This document shows positions 27,909 to 40,219 of a DNA stretch of 64,000 bases, one piece after another. This DNA comes from Candidatus Nomurabacteria bacterium (GTDB lineage: Bacteria > Patescibacteriota > Minisyncoccia > Phycocordibacterales > SBAW01). Location: positions 551-64,550 of the forward strand of contig CALRFF010000003.1 in assembly GCA_943356495.1 (NCBI GenBank). Direction: 5' to 3'. The notes under the pieces were generated by a model. The model saw only the letters and a program-made list of their open reading frames with translations, did not search any database and was not told the origin of the DNA. A program made the translations under genes and the position numbers. The number at the start of each line of letters is the position of its first letter. Position 1 is the first letter of the stretch.

Positions 27909-28592
27909 TTATTGGTTTGTGCTCGTTGCCGCCGTAGTGGTGGCGAGATTTTTTAGCTCGGGTATCAGCTTTTGCATTTCTTCGAGCGTTTTAAAACCGT
28001 ATACCGACGTGCGGTTGTTTATTACAAAGGCGGGGAGTCTGCCGCCGTCTACGCGGCGCAGGGTCTCGAGCGTGCGCAGGGCCGAGAGGTCGAGATGGTA
28101 GTCAAACGAGTACACGCGCAACCCCGGGTAGGTCTCGCGGAGATACGTAAGCACATCGCCGGCGCGCGCGCAGTCTTTGCAGTCTCCGGCGTTTGAGTAA
28201 AAGTACAATATGTACACAGGTTTATAAGAAGCGCATTTTTGAGAAATTTGGCGCAGCAACAGATAGTCTTTTATCTGAAAGAGCGAGTACTGCTTTTTTA
28301 GCTGCACCACCTCGGCGTTGGTTGCGCCCAAGTTTTGCTCGGCGACCGAGAGCTTGCCCGACAGGCTGTTTAACTCTTCGGAGAGTACCGGATTTTCCGA
28401 CAAGGCCGAGCAATCGAGGCTACCCAAGAGCTCAAACTGGGTTTCGGACGACAGTATGTCTATAGAAATAGCGTCCTGCGTGGTGCGGATATCGGCAATG
28501 CGGCGGGCGTCGAGCCGCGAGGCAATATAAAAGGCGGTGCCGAATATGGCCGCGGTAATACCAAACGCCAGTATATATTTCTGCCAACTCAT
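27909..28592 (-). CDS. Membrane-anchored thioredoxin-fold protein with a CxxC motif (thiol-disulfide oxidoreductase-like)
   Basis: N-terminal TM, coiled region, then YILYFYSNAGDCKDCARAGDVL. Start trimmed to MSWQKY. Confidence 0.5.
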   Translation of the reverse strand: MSWQKYILAFGITAAIFGTAFYIASRLDARRIADIRTTQDAISIDILSSETQFELLGSLDCSALSENPVLSEELNSLSGKLSVAEQNLGATNAEVVQLKKQYSLFQIKDYLLLRQISQKCASYKPVYILYFYSNAGDCKDCARAGDVLTYLRETYPGLRVYSFDYHLDLSALRTLETLRRVDGGRLPAFVINNRTSVYGFKTLEEMQKLIPELKNLATTTAATSTNQ

Positions 28593-28605
28593 AGAGGCCG
28601 ATACT

Positions 28606-29841
28606 TTACCGCCAAGCGCTCTCGCGCGCAAGCACGGCGCCCCATGCGGCGCGCGCAAGCCACAGCGGCGCTATAAACCCAAAGAGCGCAAAGTAGGACA
28701 CTATCGACAGCACTCCCAGCTTTGTGTTTGAAATACGGCTGCCGAGCACTATGGTCGCCAAGGTCATACCCAGCACCGCAAGGATAACAAACAGCATCAT
28801 GCCGGTATCGAGGTAAAACCAAGACACCTGCTCGGCGCTCGGCAGGTGCAGTGGTATGCCGGTTGCGTACAGATCGGTTATTTTTTGTGCAATAGTGGCG
28901 CCGACATGTACCAACGCATAGCCGGCCATATACAGCCCCGCCCCAAATGCCGAAAGTGCAAAGGGCAATACCAGCATACCGAAGTTGCCGAAGCGGCGGT
29001 TAAAGAACATGTACTTGTAGTCCCGCGCGTTTTGGAGGAAGCCCTGCGACCAGCGGGTGCGCTGCTTGAGCAGAGCGCGGACGGTCTGCGGCACCGTGGT
29101 ATATACAAATGCGGTGTGTGCGTTAACAATTTTTAGATGGTTGGCGTGCATACGGAACGCTATCTCCATGTCCTCGGTGTTGTGCGCGTGCCGGAAGGGG
29201 CCTATTTTTGTAAACACGTCGCGTTTGTACATCGAAAACGGCCCCGGCAACACGTTAATAGCCGAAAGGTTGTCGAACATTTTTTTGTAAAAGATCCCGA
29301 AGGTGTACTCCACCGCCTGCATGCGTTCGAGTATTTTGCGCGGGCGGTAGACCTTCATGACGGGAGTAATCGCCATAATACCCGGGTCGCGGTCAAACTC
29401 TTTTACCGCCTCCAGTAGCGCGTCTTCAGCGGCAAAGGAGTCGGCGTCCAAGCATCCGATAAGCTCGGTAGTAGTGTGCGCAATGGCAAAGTTGAGTGCG
29501 GTGTATTTGCCGCCGTTTTCTTTATGAAAAAAGCTGACCTGCTGATACTTGGCGGCGTAGCCTTCGGCAATGGCGCGGGTGCTGTCTTTAGAGCCGTCGT
29601 CTACGACTACTATCTGCAGTTTGTCGGCGGGATAGTCGAGCGCCAGTAATGACTCGATTGTCTTGCCGACCGTTTTTTCTTCGTTATAGCAGGGGACTAC
29701 CATAGCAACCGAAGGATACCGTTTAGGCGGTAAAGATGTTTTTGCCGCGGGCTTTTTTTCAAAAAAAGAGATAAGCAGAAACACCTCAAAATAGAGGGCA
29801 ATAAAAAGACACACATACAGGCCGGTGGCCCCTATATCCAT
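28606..29841 (-). CDS. Processive family-2 glycosyltransferase (cellulose/chitin/hyaluronan-synthase-like, membrane-integral)
   Basis: VVPCYNEE...VVDDGSKD, DAD, QRTRWSQG (QxxRW), several C-terminal TM helices. Confidence 0.8.
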   Translation of the reverse strand: MDIGATGLYVCLFIALYFEVFLLISFFEKKPAAKTSLPPKRYPSVAMVVPCYNEEKTVGKTIESLLALDYPADKLQIVVVDDGSKDSTRAIAEGYAAKYQQVSFFHKENGGKYTALNFAIAHTTTELIGCLDADSFAAEDALLEAVKEFDRDPGIMAITPVMKVYRPRKILERMQAVEYTFGIFYKKMFDNLSAINVLPGPFSMYKRDVFTKIGPFRHAHNTEDMEIAFRMHANHLKIVNAHTAFVYTTVPQTVRALLKQRTRWSQGFLQNARDYKYMFFNRRFGNFGMLVLPFALSAFGAGLYMAGYALVHVGATIAQKITDLYATGIPLHLPSAEQVSWFYLDTGMMLFVILAVLGMTLATIVLGSRISNTKLGVLSIVSYFALFGFIAPLWLARAAWGAVLARESAWR

Positions 29842-29890
29842 ACTGCTGAACTATAGCATTTTAGGCCTTTTTGAGCCATAATTTCTTCAT

Positions 29891-30634
29891 ATGGCAACCG
29901 AGGCTAGGCGAGGCAGTATACATCCTATTTCTTCGCTTATCCGCGAGGCGGGCACTATTTTTACGCAGATGGGCTTTACGTTGGCGGACGGGCCGCTTAT
30001 GGAAACCGAGTGGTACAACTTTGACGCTCTAAATGTGCCTAAAGACCACCCTGCGCGCGACATGCAGGACACCTTTTTTATCAAAGACACGCCCGCTACG
30101 GTGTTGCGCACCCACACCAGCAACGTGCAGATACGCTACATGGAGGCGCAGCTTAAAGCGGGTATCCAGCCGCCCTTCCGCATGGTCACGATGGGCAAAG
30201 TCTTCCGCAACGAGGCGACCGACATGACGCACGAGGCCGAGTTTTTTCAAATGGAAGGCTTGGTGGTGGGCAAGGATATTACGCTGGCGCATCTTAAAGG
30301 CACTTTGGAGCAGTTTTTTGCGACCTTGTTTAAAGGCGCTTCGGTGGAGGTGCGCTTCCGGCCGAGCTTCTTCCCCTTTGTCGAGCCGGGGGTCGAGGTA
30401 GACATGCGCTTGGTCGGGGACGGCGTGCCCGAAAAGTTGCGCGACAAGTGGATAGAAATGATGGGCGCCGGCATGGTGCATCCAAACGTGCTTACAAACG
30501 CGGGTGTCGACCCCACGCAGTATCAAGGCTTTGCCTTTGGTATGGGGCTCGACCGCTTGGCGCTTTTGCGCTGGGGCATAGACGACGTGCGGCACATGCA
30601 CTCGGCCGATCTGCGTTTTGTAAATCAATTTTAA
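29891..30634 (+). CDS. pheS: Phenylalanine--tRNA ligase alpha subunit (catalytic core only, 247 aa)
   Basis: HPARDMQDTFF, FRMVTMGKVFRNE, FRPSFFPFVEPGVEVD, GFAFGMGLDRLA. Confidence 0.9.
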   Translation: MATEARRGSIHPISSLIREAGTIFTQMGFTLADGPLMETEWYNFDALNVPKDHPARDMQDTFFIKDTPATVLRTHTSNVQIRYMEAQLKAGIQPPFRMVTMGKVFRNEATDMTHEAEFFQMEGLVVGKDITLAHLKGTLEQFFATLFKGASVEVRFRPSFFPFVEPGVEVDMRLVGDGVPEKLRDKWIEMMGAGMVHPNVLTNAGVDPTQYQGFAFGMGLDRLALLRWGIDDVRHMHSADLRFVNQF

Positions 30635-34533
<3,899 letters not shown>

Positions 34534-34542
34534 TCCGCGCAA

Positions 34543-34578
34543 CAAAAAAGCCCCGGCGAAATGCCGGGGCTTTTTTGT
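34543..34578. terminator. Bidirectional rho-independent terminator between convergent gyrB and the CARDB-like gene
   Basis: AAAAAAGCCCCGGCGAAATGCCGGGGCTTTTTTGTTTT. Confidence 0.8.
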
Positions 34579-34588
34579 TTTCGGAGTA

Positions 34589-35725
34589 TTAGTAGGAAAT
34601 GTAGGTCGCGGTTGCGCTGTTGTTGTACTTGCTGCCCTCGAAGACCTGATTGTTCGGGTCGACGGTGATAGTAACCGCCTTCTGCGCGTTGTAACCGGTG
34701 TTGCCGGCCGGCTGGTACGGGTACCAATTGGTATACGGCTGCGTGTAGCCGCACGGCGTTGCGCCGCAACCGCCGGAGTAGCCCGGCACTGCGCACGGGC
34801 CGTACAGGTTGCACGTACCGTAGGTGTAGCCTGCCTGACCGGTAGGCAGGCTGTTGGTGCCGTAGTTGGTGGCGCCGTACTGGGTGTTGCTGTTGTAGTC
34901 GCTAAAGTTGAGCGTGTAGACTATTTTGTCGCCCGGGTACAGAGCGCGCTGCGGACCGGACGGGTAGGTGTAACTGCCGTTAATAGGGAGTATCGCGTTA
35001 AAGCTCCAGTTAGAAGGGGAGACGTTGGTACCGACGTTCTCAACCACAAACTGCGCCGTGGCGTTGCCGTTCTGCGAACGGACCGAGCTAATAGCAACCG
35101 CGAGGTCGGCGTAACCGTAGAGGTTACTCGTGCGGCCGCTTGCGACGTAGGTAGTGTTAGAGGGGCTCTTGGTCGTGGTCGGTTTAACTGTGGCCTTTTT
35201 AGTGGCCGGTACCGTCATAGCGCCGGTGGCGGTTGCAGTAATAGCGCCGCTCGAAAGCTTGGTGGCGGTAACCGTAATAGTCGTTTTTGCGTCAGTAGTG
35301 CCGCTGTACACAGGGGTAAGCGCGAGTGCGGAGTTTGCCTGCGTGTAGTTAAACGGCGTGTCGCACGCTACCGTTTGGGTAGCGCCGGTCGGGACCGGTG
35401 CCTTAAACGAAAGGCCCTCAACACACGAGTAGGAAAGGGTGTAGGCGTATGCGCCCGTGCCGCCCTGATGACCCCAGCTTACGGTAGTTGCAGAACCCGC
35501 GGTTGCGGTAGCGGGGACCGATATAGTCAGGGTCTCGCGGACGACGGTTTGGGTTACCGGCGCGTTGGTAGTGCCGCCCGTAAAGAGTGAGGAGATAAAA
35601 AAGGCGAGCTGTATAATACCCCAAGCGCCGAGGAGCAGTATCGCCAACAGGCCGATAACCGCGACGACGCGGAGGACGTTTTCCTTAAAAGTGTGTTTGG
35701 TTGTCATACGGTTAGAGGGTAGCAT
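34589..35725 (-). CDS. Secreted protein with Ig-like/CARDB-like domains
   Basis: N-terminal signal anchor. FVVENVGTNVSPSNWSFNAIL...YPGDKIVYTLNF (CARDB-like). Cys-rich C terminus. Confidence 0.5.
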   Translation of the reverse strand: MLPSNRMTTKHTFKENVLRVVAVIGLLAILLLGAWGIIQLAFFISSLFTGGTTNAPVTQTVVRETLTISVPATATAGSATTVSWGHQGGTGAYAYTLSYSCVEGLSFKAPVPTGATQTVACDTPFNYTQANSALALTPVYSGTTDAKTTITVTATKLSSGAITATATGAMTVPATKKATVKPTTTKSPSNTTYVASGRTSNLYGYADLAVAISSVRSQNGNATAQFVVENVGTNVSPSNWSFNAILPINGSYTYPSGPQRALYPGDKIVYTLNFSDYNSNTQYGATNYGTNSLPTGQAGYTYGTCNLYGPCAVPGYSGGCGATPCGYTQPYTNWYPYQPAGNTGYNAQKAVTITVDPNNQVFEGSKYNNSATATYISY

Positions 35726-35791
35726 GATACAATATACTTGTCAAGTAGGCAAGTTGACAAAACACCAAAAACTGATATACTATAACGGTAT

Positions 35792-36415
35792 ATGGCACAA
35801 CGCCGCTTTAGCTTTGCTCTGACTTTTCTGGCGCTCTTTGCGCTTACTTTTGCGTTTTTGGGTTTTGCCGATGCCTTGCCCAATGCGGTGACTCGGGATC
35901 CCTCACAAGAAGTCCTCGGTTCTCCCGTCTCGGGTCAAGACCCTCGCGGGCCAGACTATCTTGCTCAGAATCCTGAGTCACCTATCCGTGTCGTTGCTAA
36001 AACAGTCGGTTTGGATGCAACCGTAGGTAACCCCGACACTACCGATGTTGCCGCGCTCGACAAGGCGCTCGAGGACGGCGCCGTGCGGTACCCGACCTCG
36101 GCCCTGCTTAATGTCGACGGCACGGTGCTTTTGTTTGGTCACTCTTCCTACTTGCCGGTGGTATATCACCAGTACTACAAAACGTTTAACGGTATACAAA
36201 AACTTAAGACGGGGGAGACGATAAGCGTCTACTCCGGTACTGCCGAGTATCGCTACAGCGTTACCGGTGTGCGTGTTGCCAACGCCGAGGAAGAGAACAT
36301 CGAGCTGCCTGCAAGCGGTAAGCACTTGGTCTTGGTTACCTGCGACTCCTTTGCCAGCAAGTCGAGCCGCTATGTGGTACATGCCGATTTTGTCGGTGTT
36401 TTTGCGGCTAATTAA
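35792..36415 (+). CDS. Sortase (cysteine transpeptidase)
   Basis: Signal anchor. Catalytic His LLFGHSS, Cys LVLVTCDSF, Arg SRYVVHA. Confidence 0.8.
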   Translation: MAQRRFSFALTFLALFALTFAFLGFADALPNAVTRDPSQEVLGSPVSGQDPRGPDYLAQNPESPIRVVAKTVGLDATVGNPDTTDVAALDKALEDGAVRYPTSALLNVDGTVLLFGHSSYLPVVYHQYYKTFNGIQKLKTGETISVYSGTAEYRYSVTGVRVANAEEENIELPASGKHLVLVTCDSFASKSSRYVVHADFVGVFAAN

Positions 36416-36432
36416 GGCCTTCAGATAAGGGC

Positions 36433-36461
36433 TTGACAAGCAAGCCCGCTTGGTGTATACT
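36433..36461 (+). promoter_or_regulatory. Consensus sigma70-type promoter (TTGACA-N17-TATACT) upstream of the small secreted ORF
   Basis: cTTGACAagcaagcccgcttggtgTATACTag. The -35 box sits in a GGGCTTG/CAAGCCC hairpin. Confidence 0.55.
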
Positions 36462-36525
36462 AGAAACAGACTATAAGATCTATCTAGCCCACCCAAAACT
36501 TCACCAACGGTCGAGGAGACCAGTC

Positions 36526-37044
36526 ATGAAGACCCATATTGTTGCGCTCGCCGCCTTCCTGGCGGCACTTGCGACTTCGACTCCGGCTACCGCATATGCG
36601 GAACCCGGCGACTACGCCAAGACCTCCAAACGCTTCCAGACCTACGTCGACATCTGCGGCATGAGGGAATCGCCGCGGATTCAGGACGAGGCCGCCAAGA
36701 AGCTCGAGCAGATGTCCGTGAAGCAGTTCGAACTTCATATGGAAGTCTGCCCCAAGCCGCGTACCAAGGCCGTCGCCAATCCGGCGAAGGACAAGGTCGC
36801 CGACAATAAGGTTCTGCCGTTCGTCGCTGGGGCGGCGGTCGGCACGGTTGTCGGGGCGGCGGTCGTGTCGCAGCGTCCGCGCTACGGTGCACCGGTCGAG
36901 CGGCCGATGTATCGCGGCGATCGGGAGCTCCTCGAGCTCCAATCGCTCGGTCCGCGCGGCCGAGTGATCCGTAACCGCCCAGCACCGGCCGGAGCCATTC
37001 CCTGCATCGTGCGGGGTGTGGTCGGCAAGTGTGTGCCGAGGTAA
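36526..37044 (+). CDS. Small secreted cysteine-containing hypothetical protein
   Basis: gaggag RBS. Signal peptide MKTHIVALAAFLAALATSTPATAYA. AAG/GAG-rich codon usage that differs from its neighbours. Followed by a perfect 13-bp stem-loop at 37065-37094. Confidence 0.5.
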   Translation: MKTHIVALAAFLAALATSTPATAYAEPGDYAKTSKRFQTYVDICGMRESPRIQDEAAKKLEQMSVKQFELHMEVCPKPRTKAVANPAKDKVADNKVLPFVAGAAVGTVVGAAVVSQRPRYGAPVERPMYRGDRELLELQSLGPRGRVIRNRPAPAGAIPCIVRGVVGKCVPR

Positions 37045-37201
37045 CGGTGGGATCAACTACGTTCGGTGCGCTTGTTTTAGGAAACAAGCGCACCGGACAC
37101 ACTATCTTCAATTTTCATACTCCTGACTTAATCTAAACTTGAGTCCGGAGCGTGAGTATTGACATTTATTAGGTTCTCAGTTACTTTTTGTTTTCAATTA
37201 T

Positions 37202-38113
37202 ATGCAAAGCATTACTAACACCAAGGCCACCACGGTTGCGCTTATAGCGGCGCTTATAGTTGCTGCGCTCTTTGTTGCGGCACCCAAGGCACAAGCGGCT
37301 GACCTCGGCGACTTTGGCGGCTCGTATGATTTTTACCCGGACGCTCCGTCGTACGATTTCTACTCGGATGCTCCTTCTTACGATTTTTACCCTTCTGCCC
37401 CCGCATCGGCTCCGTCGTACGATTTCTACCCGGATGCTACTTCGTATGACTTCTATCCCGGCTACAGTTCATACACTCCGTCTTACGGCGGTTCCTACGG
37501 CGGTGGCAGCATGGGCGGCGGCTTCCCGTTCGGCGGTTCGAGCGGCATGAGCCAGTCTCAGTCGCAGAGCTCGACCAACGTCAACACGAACGTCAATACC
37601 AATACCTGCACCAGCGGTAGCTGCAATACCGCAATCAACGCTCCGACTAACATCGTAGTCTCCGGCGGCGGCTCTTCTAATAACAGCTACCCGGTCTACA
37701 CGCCTGTATACACTCCGGTCTACACCCCGCCGGTCTATCAGCCGACGTACTACCCGACCTATCAACAGCCTATCGCGTACAACAATACGCCGTATGTGTC
37801 GCTCTCTGCGGTACCGTACACCGGTCTTGAGCTGGGGCCCGTGGGCACGGCACTGTACTGGGGCTTCCTTATCGCTTGGTGCCTCGTTGCGGCGTACCTT
37901 ATAGTCGTCAAGCGCGTGCAGAACAAACTCGTAAGCGGTCTCAATACCTTCCTCTTCGGTGAGCCTTCTCAGAAGACTGTCGTTCAAAAGTCCTCGGATC
38001 TCCCGTCTGGGTCGGGCCAGACTTTTGCCCGCCAGTCTTCTGCTCCGGTTCGCGACAGCTTCTCTAACATCGACCCGTTTGTCGCGTCGCAAATCAAGCG
38101 CGCCGCGTTCTAA
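37202..38113 (+). CDS. Secreted tandem-repeat protein (5x SYDFYPDAP, PVYT repeats) with a sorting-signal-like VPYTG motif plus a hydrophobic helix and KR
   Basis: Signal peptide ALIAALIVAALFVAAPKAQA. Repeats encoded at 37331-37468. LSAVPYTGLELGPVGTALYWGFLIAWCLVAAYLIVVKR, followed by a ~50-aa tail. Confidence 0.6.
   Translation: MQSITNTKATTVALIAALIVAALFVAAPKAQAADLGDFGGSYDFYPDAPSYDFYSDAPSYDFYPSAPASAPSYDFYPDATSYDFYPGYSSYTPSYGGSYGGGSMGGGFPFGGSSGMSQSQSQSSTNVNTNVNTNTCTSGSCNTAINAPTNIVVSGGGSSNNSYPVYTPVYTPVYTPPVYQPTYYPTYQQPIAYNNTPYVSLSAVPYTGLELGPVGTALYWGFLIAWCLVAAYLIVVKRVQNKLVSGLNTFLFGEPSQKTVVQKSSDLPSGSGQTFARQSSAPVRDSFSNIDPFVASQIKRAAF
37331..37468 (+). repeat. Imperfect 27-nt tandem repeat (x5) encoding SYDFYPDAP
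   Basis: tcgta(t/c)ga(t/c)tt(t/c)tacccggatgctcc(g/t) units read directly. Confidence 0.8.
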
Positions 38114-38152
38114 ATCCTAATGTGGGTGCTCCGCACCAGAAAAAACCGCGCC

Positions 38153-39361
38153 TTAGGCGCGGTTTTTGATTTCCTCCTGCAGTTTAGAAATTATTTCAGC
38201 AATAGGGAGCGCGCCGAGTTTGCCGGTGCGGCCCTCGAGCGTCGCGGTACCGGCCGCTACCTCGGCATCGCCGATAACCAGCAGGTAGGGAACTTTTAGT
38301 GTCTTAGCTTCGCGGATTTTTTTACCCAAGCTTTCACCACTCTCATCCAATTCTGCACGGATACCGGCCTTGAGTAGCTGCTGATAGGCATTATGTGCAA
38401 ACGCCATATGGCCTTCGCCGATAGGGAGCACGCGCGCCTGTACCGGCGAAAGCCAGGTGGGCAGTACGCCGCCCAAGTGCTCCAGCAGTACCGCGACGCA
38501 GCGCTCTATCGAGCCGGTAATCGCGCTGTGTATCATAACGATGCGCTCCTTCTCGCCTTTTTCGTTTATGCAGTTTAAGTCAAACCGGTCGGGTTGGTTG
38601 AGGTCAAGCTGTATGGTGGCTACCTGCCACTCGCGCCCTGCGGCATTTTTAGCCATAAAGTCGAGCTTTGGGCCGTACAGCGCCGCCTCGCCCGGACCTT
38701 CTATATAGTCGGCGCCGCGCTCCTTGGCTATCTCGCGCAACTGCTCTTCGGCCATGTCCCACACGGCTGGTGTGCCGATGTATTTCTCGGGCGCGGCGGG
38801 GTCGCGGAAGGAAAGCCGGACACGTAGCGAAAAGCCGAACTGCTTATAAAAGGTATCGACAATATCCCAGATTTTTAGAAACTCTTCTTTAATCTGGCTG
38901 GTGCGGCAAAACACGTGGCTGTCGTCTTGGGTAATCGAGAGCACACGCGTCAGGCCCGAGAGCTCGCCCGACTGCTCATCGCGGTAGACCATGGTGGTTT
39001 CGGCGTAGCGTTGCGGCATTTCGCGGTAGCTGTGCGGGCGGCGGTTAAAAATTTGGGTGTGGTGCGGGCAGTTCATCGGCTTTAAAGCCATCTCGCGGCC
39101 GTCGCGGCTGGTTATGCGAAACAAGTCTTCTGCAAATTTGTCCCAATGGCCCGAGGTTTCGTAGAGCTCTTTTTTAGTGAGATGGGGGATAGTGACGCGG
39201 CTGTAGCCGTAGGCGCTGCGCAGCTCCCATACAAACTTGTCTAACTCTTCGCGCACCACGGTGCCTTTGGGCGTCCATAGCGGGAGCCCCGGGCCCACTA
39301 GATCGCTAAAGGTAAATAGGTCGAGCTCTTGGCCTATCCTGCGGTGGTCGTTGTCTTCCAT
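38153..39361 (-). CDS. thrS: Threonine--tRNA ligase, catalytic core plus anticodon-binding domain only (402 aa; no N-terminal TGS or editing domains)
   Basis: RIGQELDLFTF, ALKPMNCPHH, class II motifs, C-terminal anticodon-binding region. Confidence 0.85.
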   Translation of the reverse strand: MEDNDHRRIGQELDLFTFSDLVGPGLPLWTPKGTVVREELDKFVWELRSAYGYSRVTIPHLTKKELYETSGHWDKFAEDLFRITSRDGREMALKPMNCPHHTQIFNRRPHSYREMPQRYAETTMVYRDEQSGELSGLTRVLSITQDDSHVFCRTSQIKEEFLKIWDIVDTFYKQFGFSLRVRLSFRDPAAPEKYIGTPAVWDMAEEQLREIAKERGADYIEGPGEAALYGPKLDFMAKNAAGREWQVATIQLDLNQPDRFDLNCINEKGEKERIVMIHSAITGSIERCVAVLLEHLGGVLPTWLSPVQARVLPIGEGHMAFAHNAYQQLLKAGIRAELDESGESLGKKIREAKTLKVPYLLVIGDAEVAAGTATLEGRTGKLGALPIAEIISKLQEEIKNRA

Positions 39362-39388
39362 ATATCGCTATATCCTACCGCGGATTTG

Positions 39389-39423
39389 TAAAAAGAAAAC
39401 CCGCCGCACTTTCGTGCGGCGGG
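39389..39423 (-). terminator. Rho-independent terminator for the minus-strand gene at 39431-39859
   Basis: Hairpin CCCGCCGCAC-TTTC-GTGCGGCGGG followed on the minus strand by TTTTCTTTTT. Confidence 0.7.
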
Positions 39424-39430
39424 GAGCGGT

Positions 39431-39859
39431 TTAACTGCCGGCGGCGGCCTTGTCGCCGGTAATGACGCTAAATGGGTGCGCGACCCGGGTCGGGGCAGGC
39501 AGTGCGGTCGCGGCCATCTCCTGCAAAATAGCCTCGCAACACTCGGCTATCGAGTCGCAGTACGTGCCCGACTGGCCCCGGATAGCGGGGGACAATATGC
39601 CGTGCTCCACCGCCCAGATGGTGCAGTATATATCGCGCGCCCGCTGTGTAACCAAGTCATCCTTGCGCGAACTCAGCAGTTTGCACCAAAAGGCTTTTGC
39701 CTGCGCGTACTCGGCGAGGTCGATTGTCTCGCCGAGCGGCTTTTCGGACATTTTTGCCTGCTGGAGCAACCGCAGCAAGTGCCGATGCACTTTTTGCAGT
39801 TGGTAGGTTTTGCAGGCCATATGCAACTGAGACAGACAGACTCTGAATTGCTCGGACAT
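39431..39859 (-). CDS. Hypothetical protein (cysteine-containing, no recognised domain)
   Basis: ORF with a GGGAG RBS 8 nt upstream of MSEQF and its own terminator. Confidence 0.45.
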   Translation of the reverse strand: MSEQFRVCLSQLHMACKTYQLQKVHRHLLRLLQQAKMSEKPLGETIDLAEYAQAKAFWCKLLSSRKDDLVTQRARDIYCTIWAVEHGILSPAIRGQSGTYCDSIAECCEAILQEMAATALPAPTRVAHPFSVITGDKAAAGS

Positions 39860-39920
39860 GGCAGATGCTCCCACGTAGTGACGTCTATCGCTATTCAACT
39901 CCTACCGGCGCAAAATTGCA

Positions 39921-39951
39921 AATAGAAAAGGCCCCGACTTTCGCCGGGGCC
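39921..39951 (-). terminator. Rho-independent terminator for the small minus-strand ORF at 39957-40193
   Basis: GGCCCCG-acttt-CGCCGGGGCC hairpin with a T-run on the minus strand. Confidence 0.6.
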
Positions 39952-39956
39952 TCTGG

Positions 39957-40193
39957 TCATTTCTCGTCCGCGCAGTGCATCAGTCGGACACTTGGTTCGC
40001 ACGTCGGGCACTTGCCTGTGCGGTAACTGCTCCCGCACCTGCAGAGTGTCCACTCATGGAGCGGTGCCGACGATGCAAGTGTCGGCTTGATATTGTGGAC
40101 CGGAGCATGTGCTCCGGCAAAAAGCATATCGACGCCTTGGATCAAGAGTACCTCCCCAGGTTCAGCTGCAACTAGCAACAAGTATACCCCCAA
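39957..40193 (-). CDS. Small zinc-ribbon-like protein (CxC...CxxC)
   Basis: LCRCGSSYRTGKCPTCEPS. Followed by its own terminator. An overlapping plus-strand ORF (39975-40175) is the alternative. Confidence 0.3.
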   Translation of the reverse strand: MGVYLLLVAAEPGEVLLIQGVDMLFAGAHAPVHNIKPTLASSAPLHEWTLCRCGSSYRTGKCPTCEPSVRLMHCADEK

Positions 40194-40219
40194 AAGGGGT
40201 AAAAGTCAAGGTAGGATAT

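Noticed and set aside
27847-28101. 84-aa plus-strand ORF starting inside tRNA-Thr
   Set aside because: It overlaps the tRNA and the minus-strand thioredoxin-like gene. No signals.
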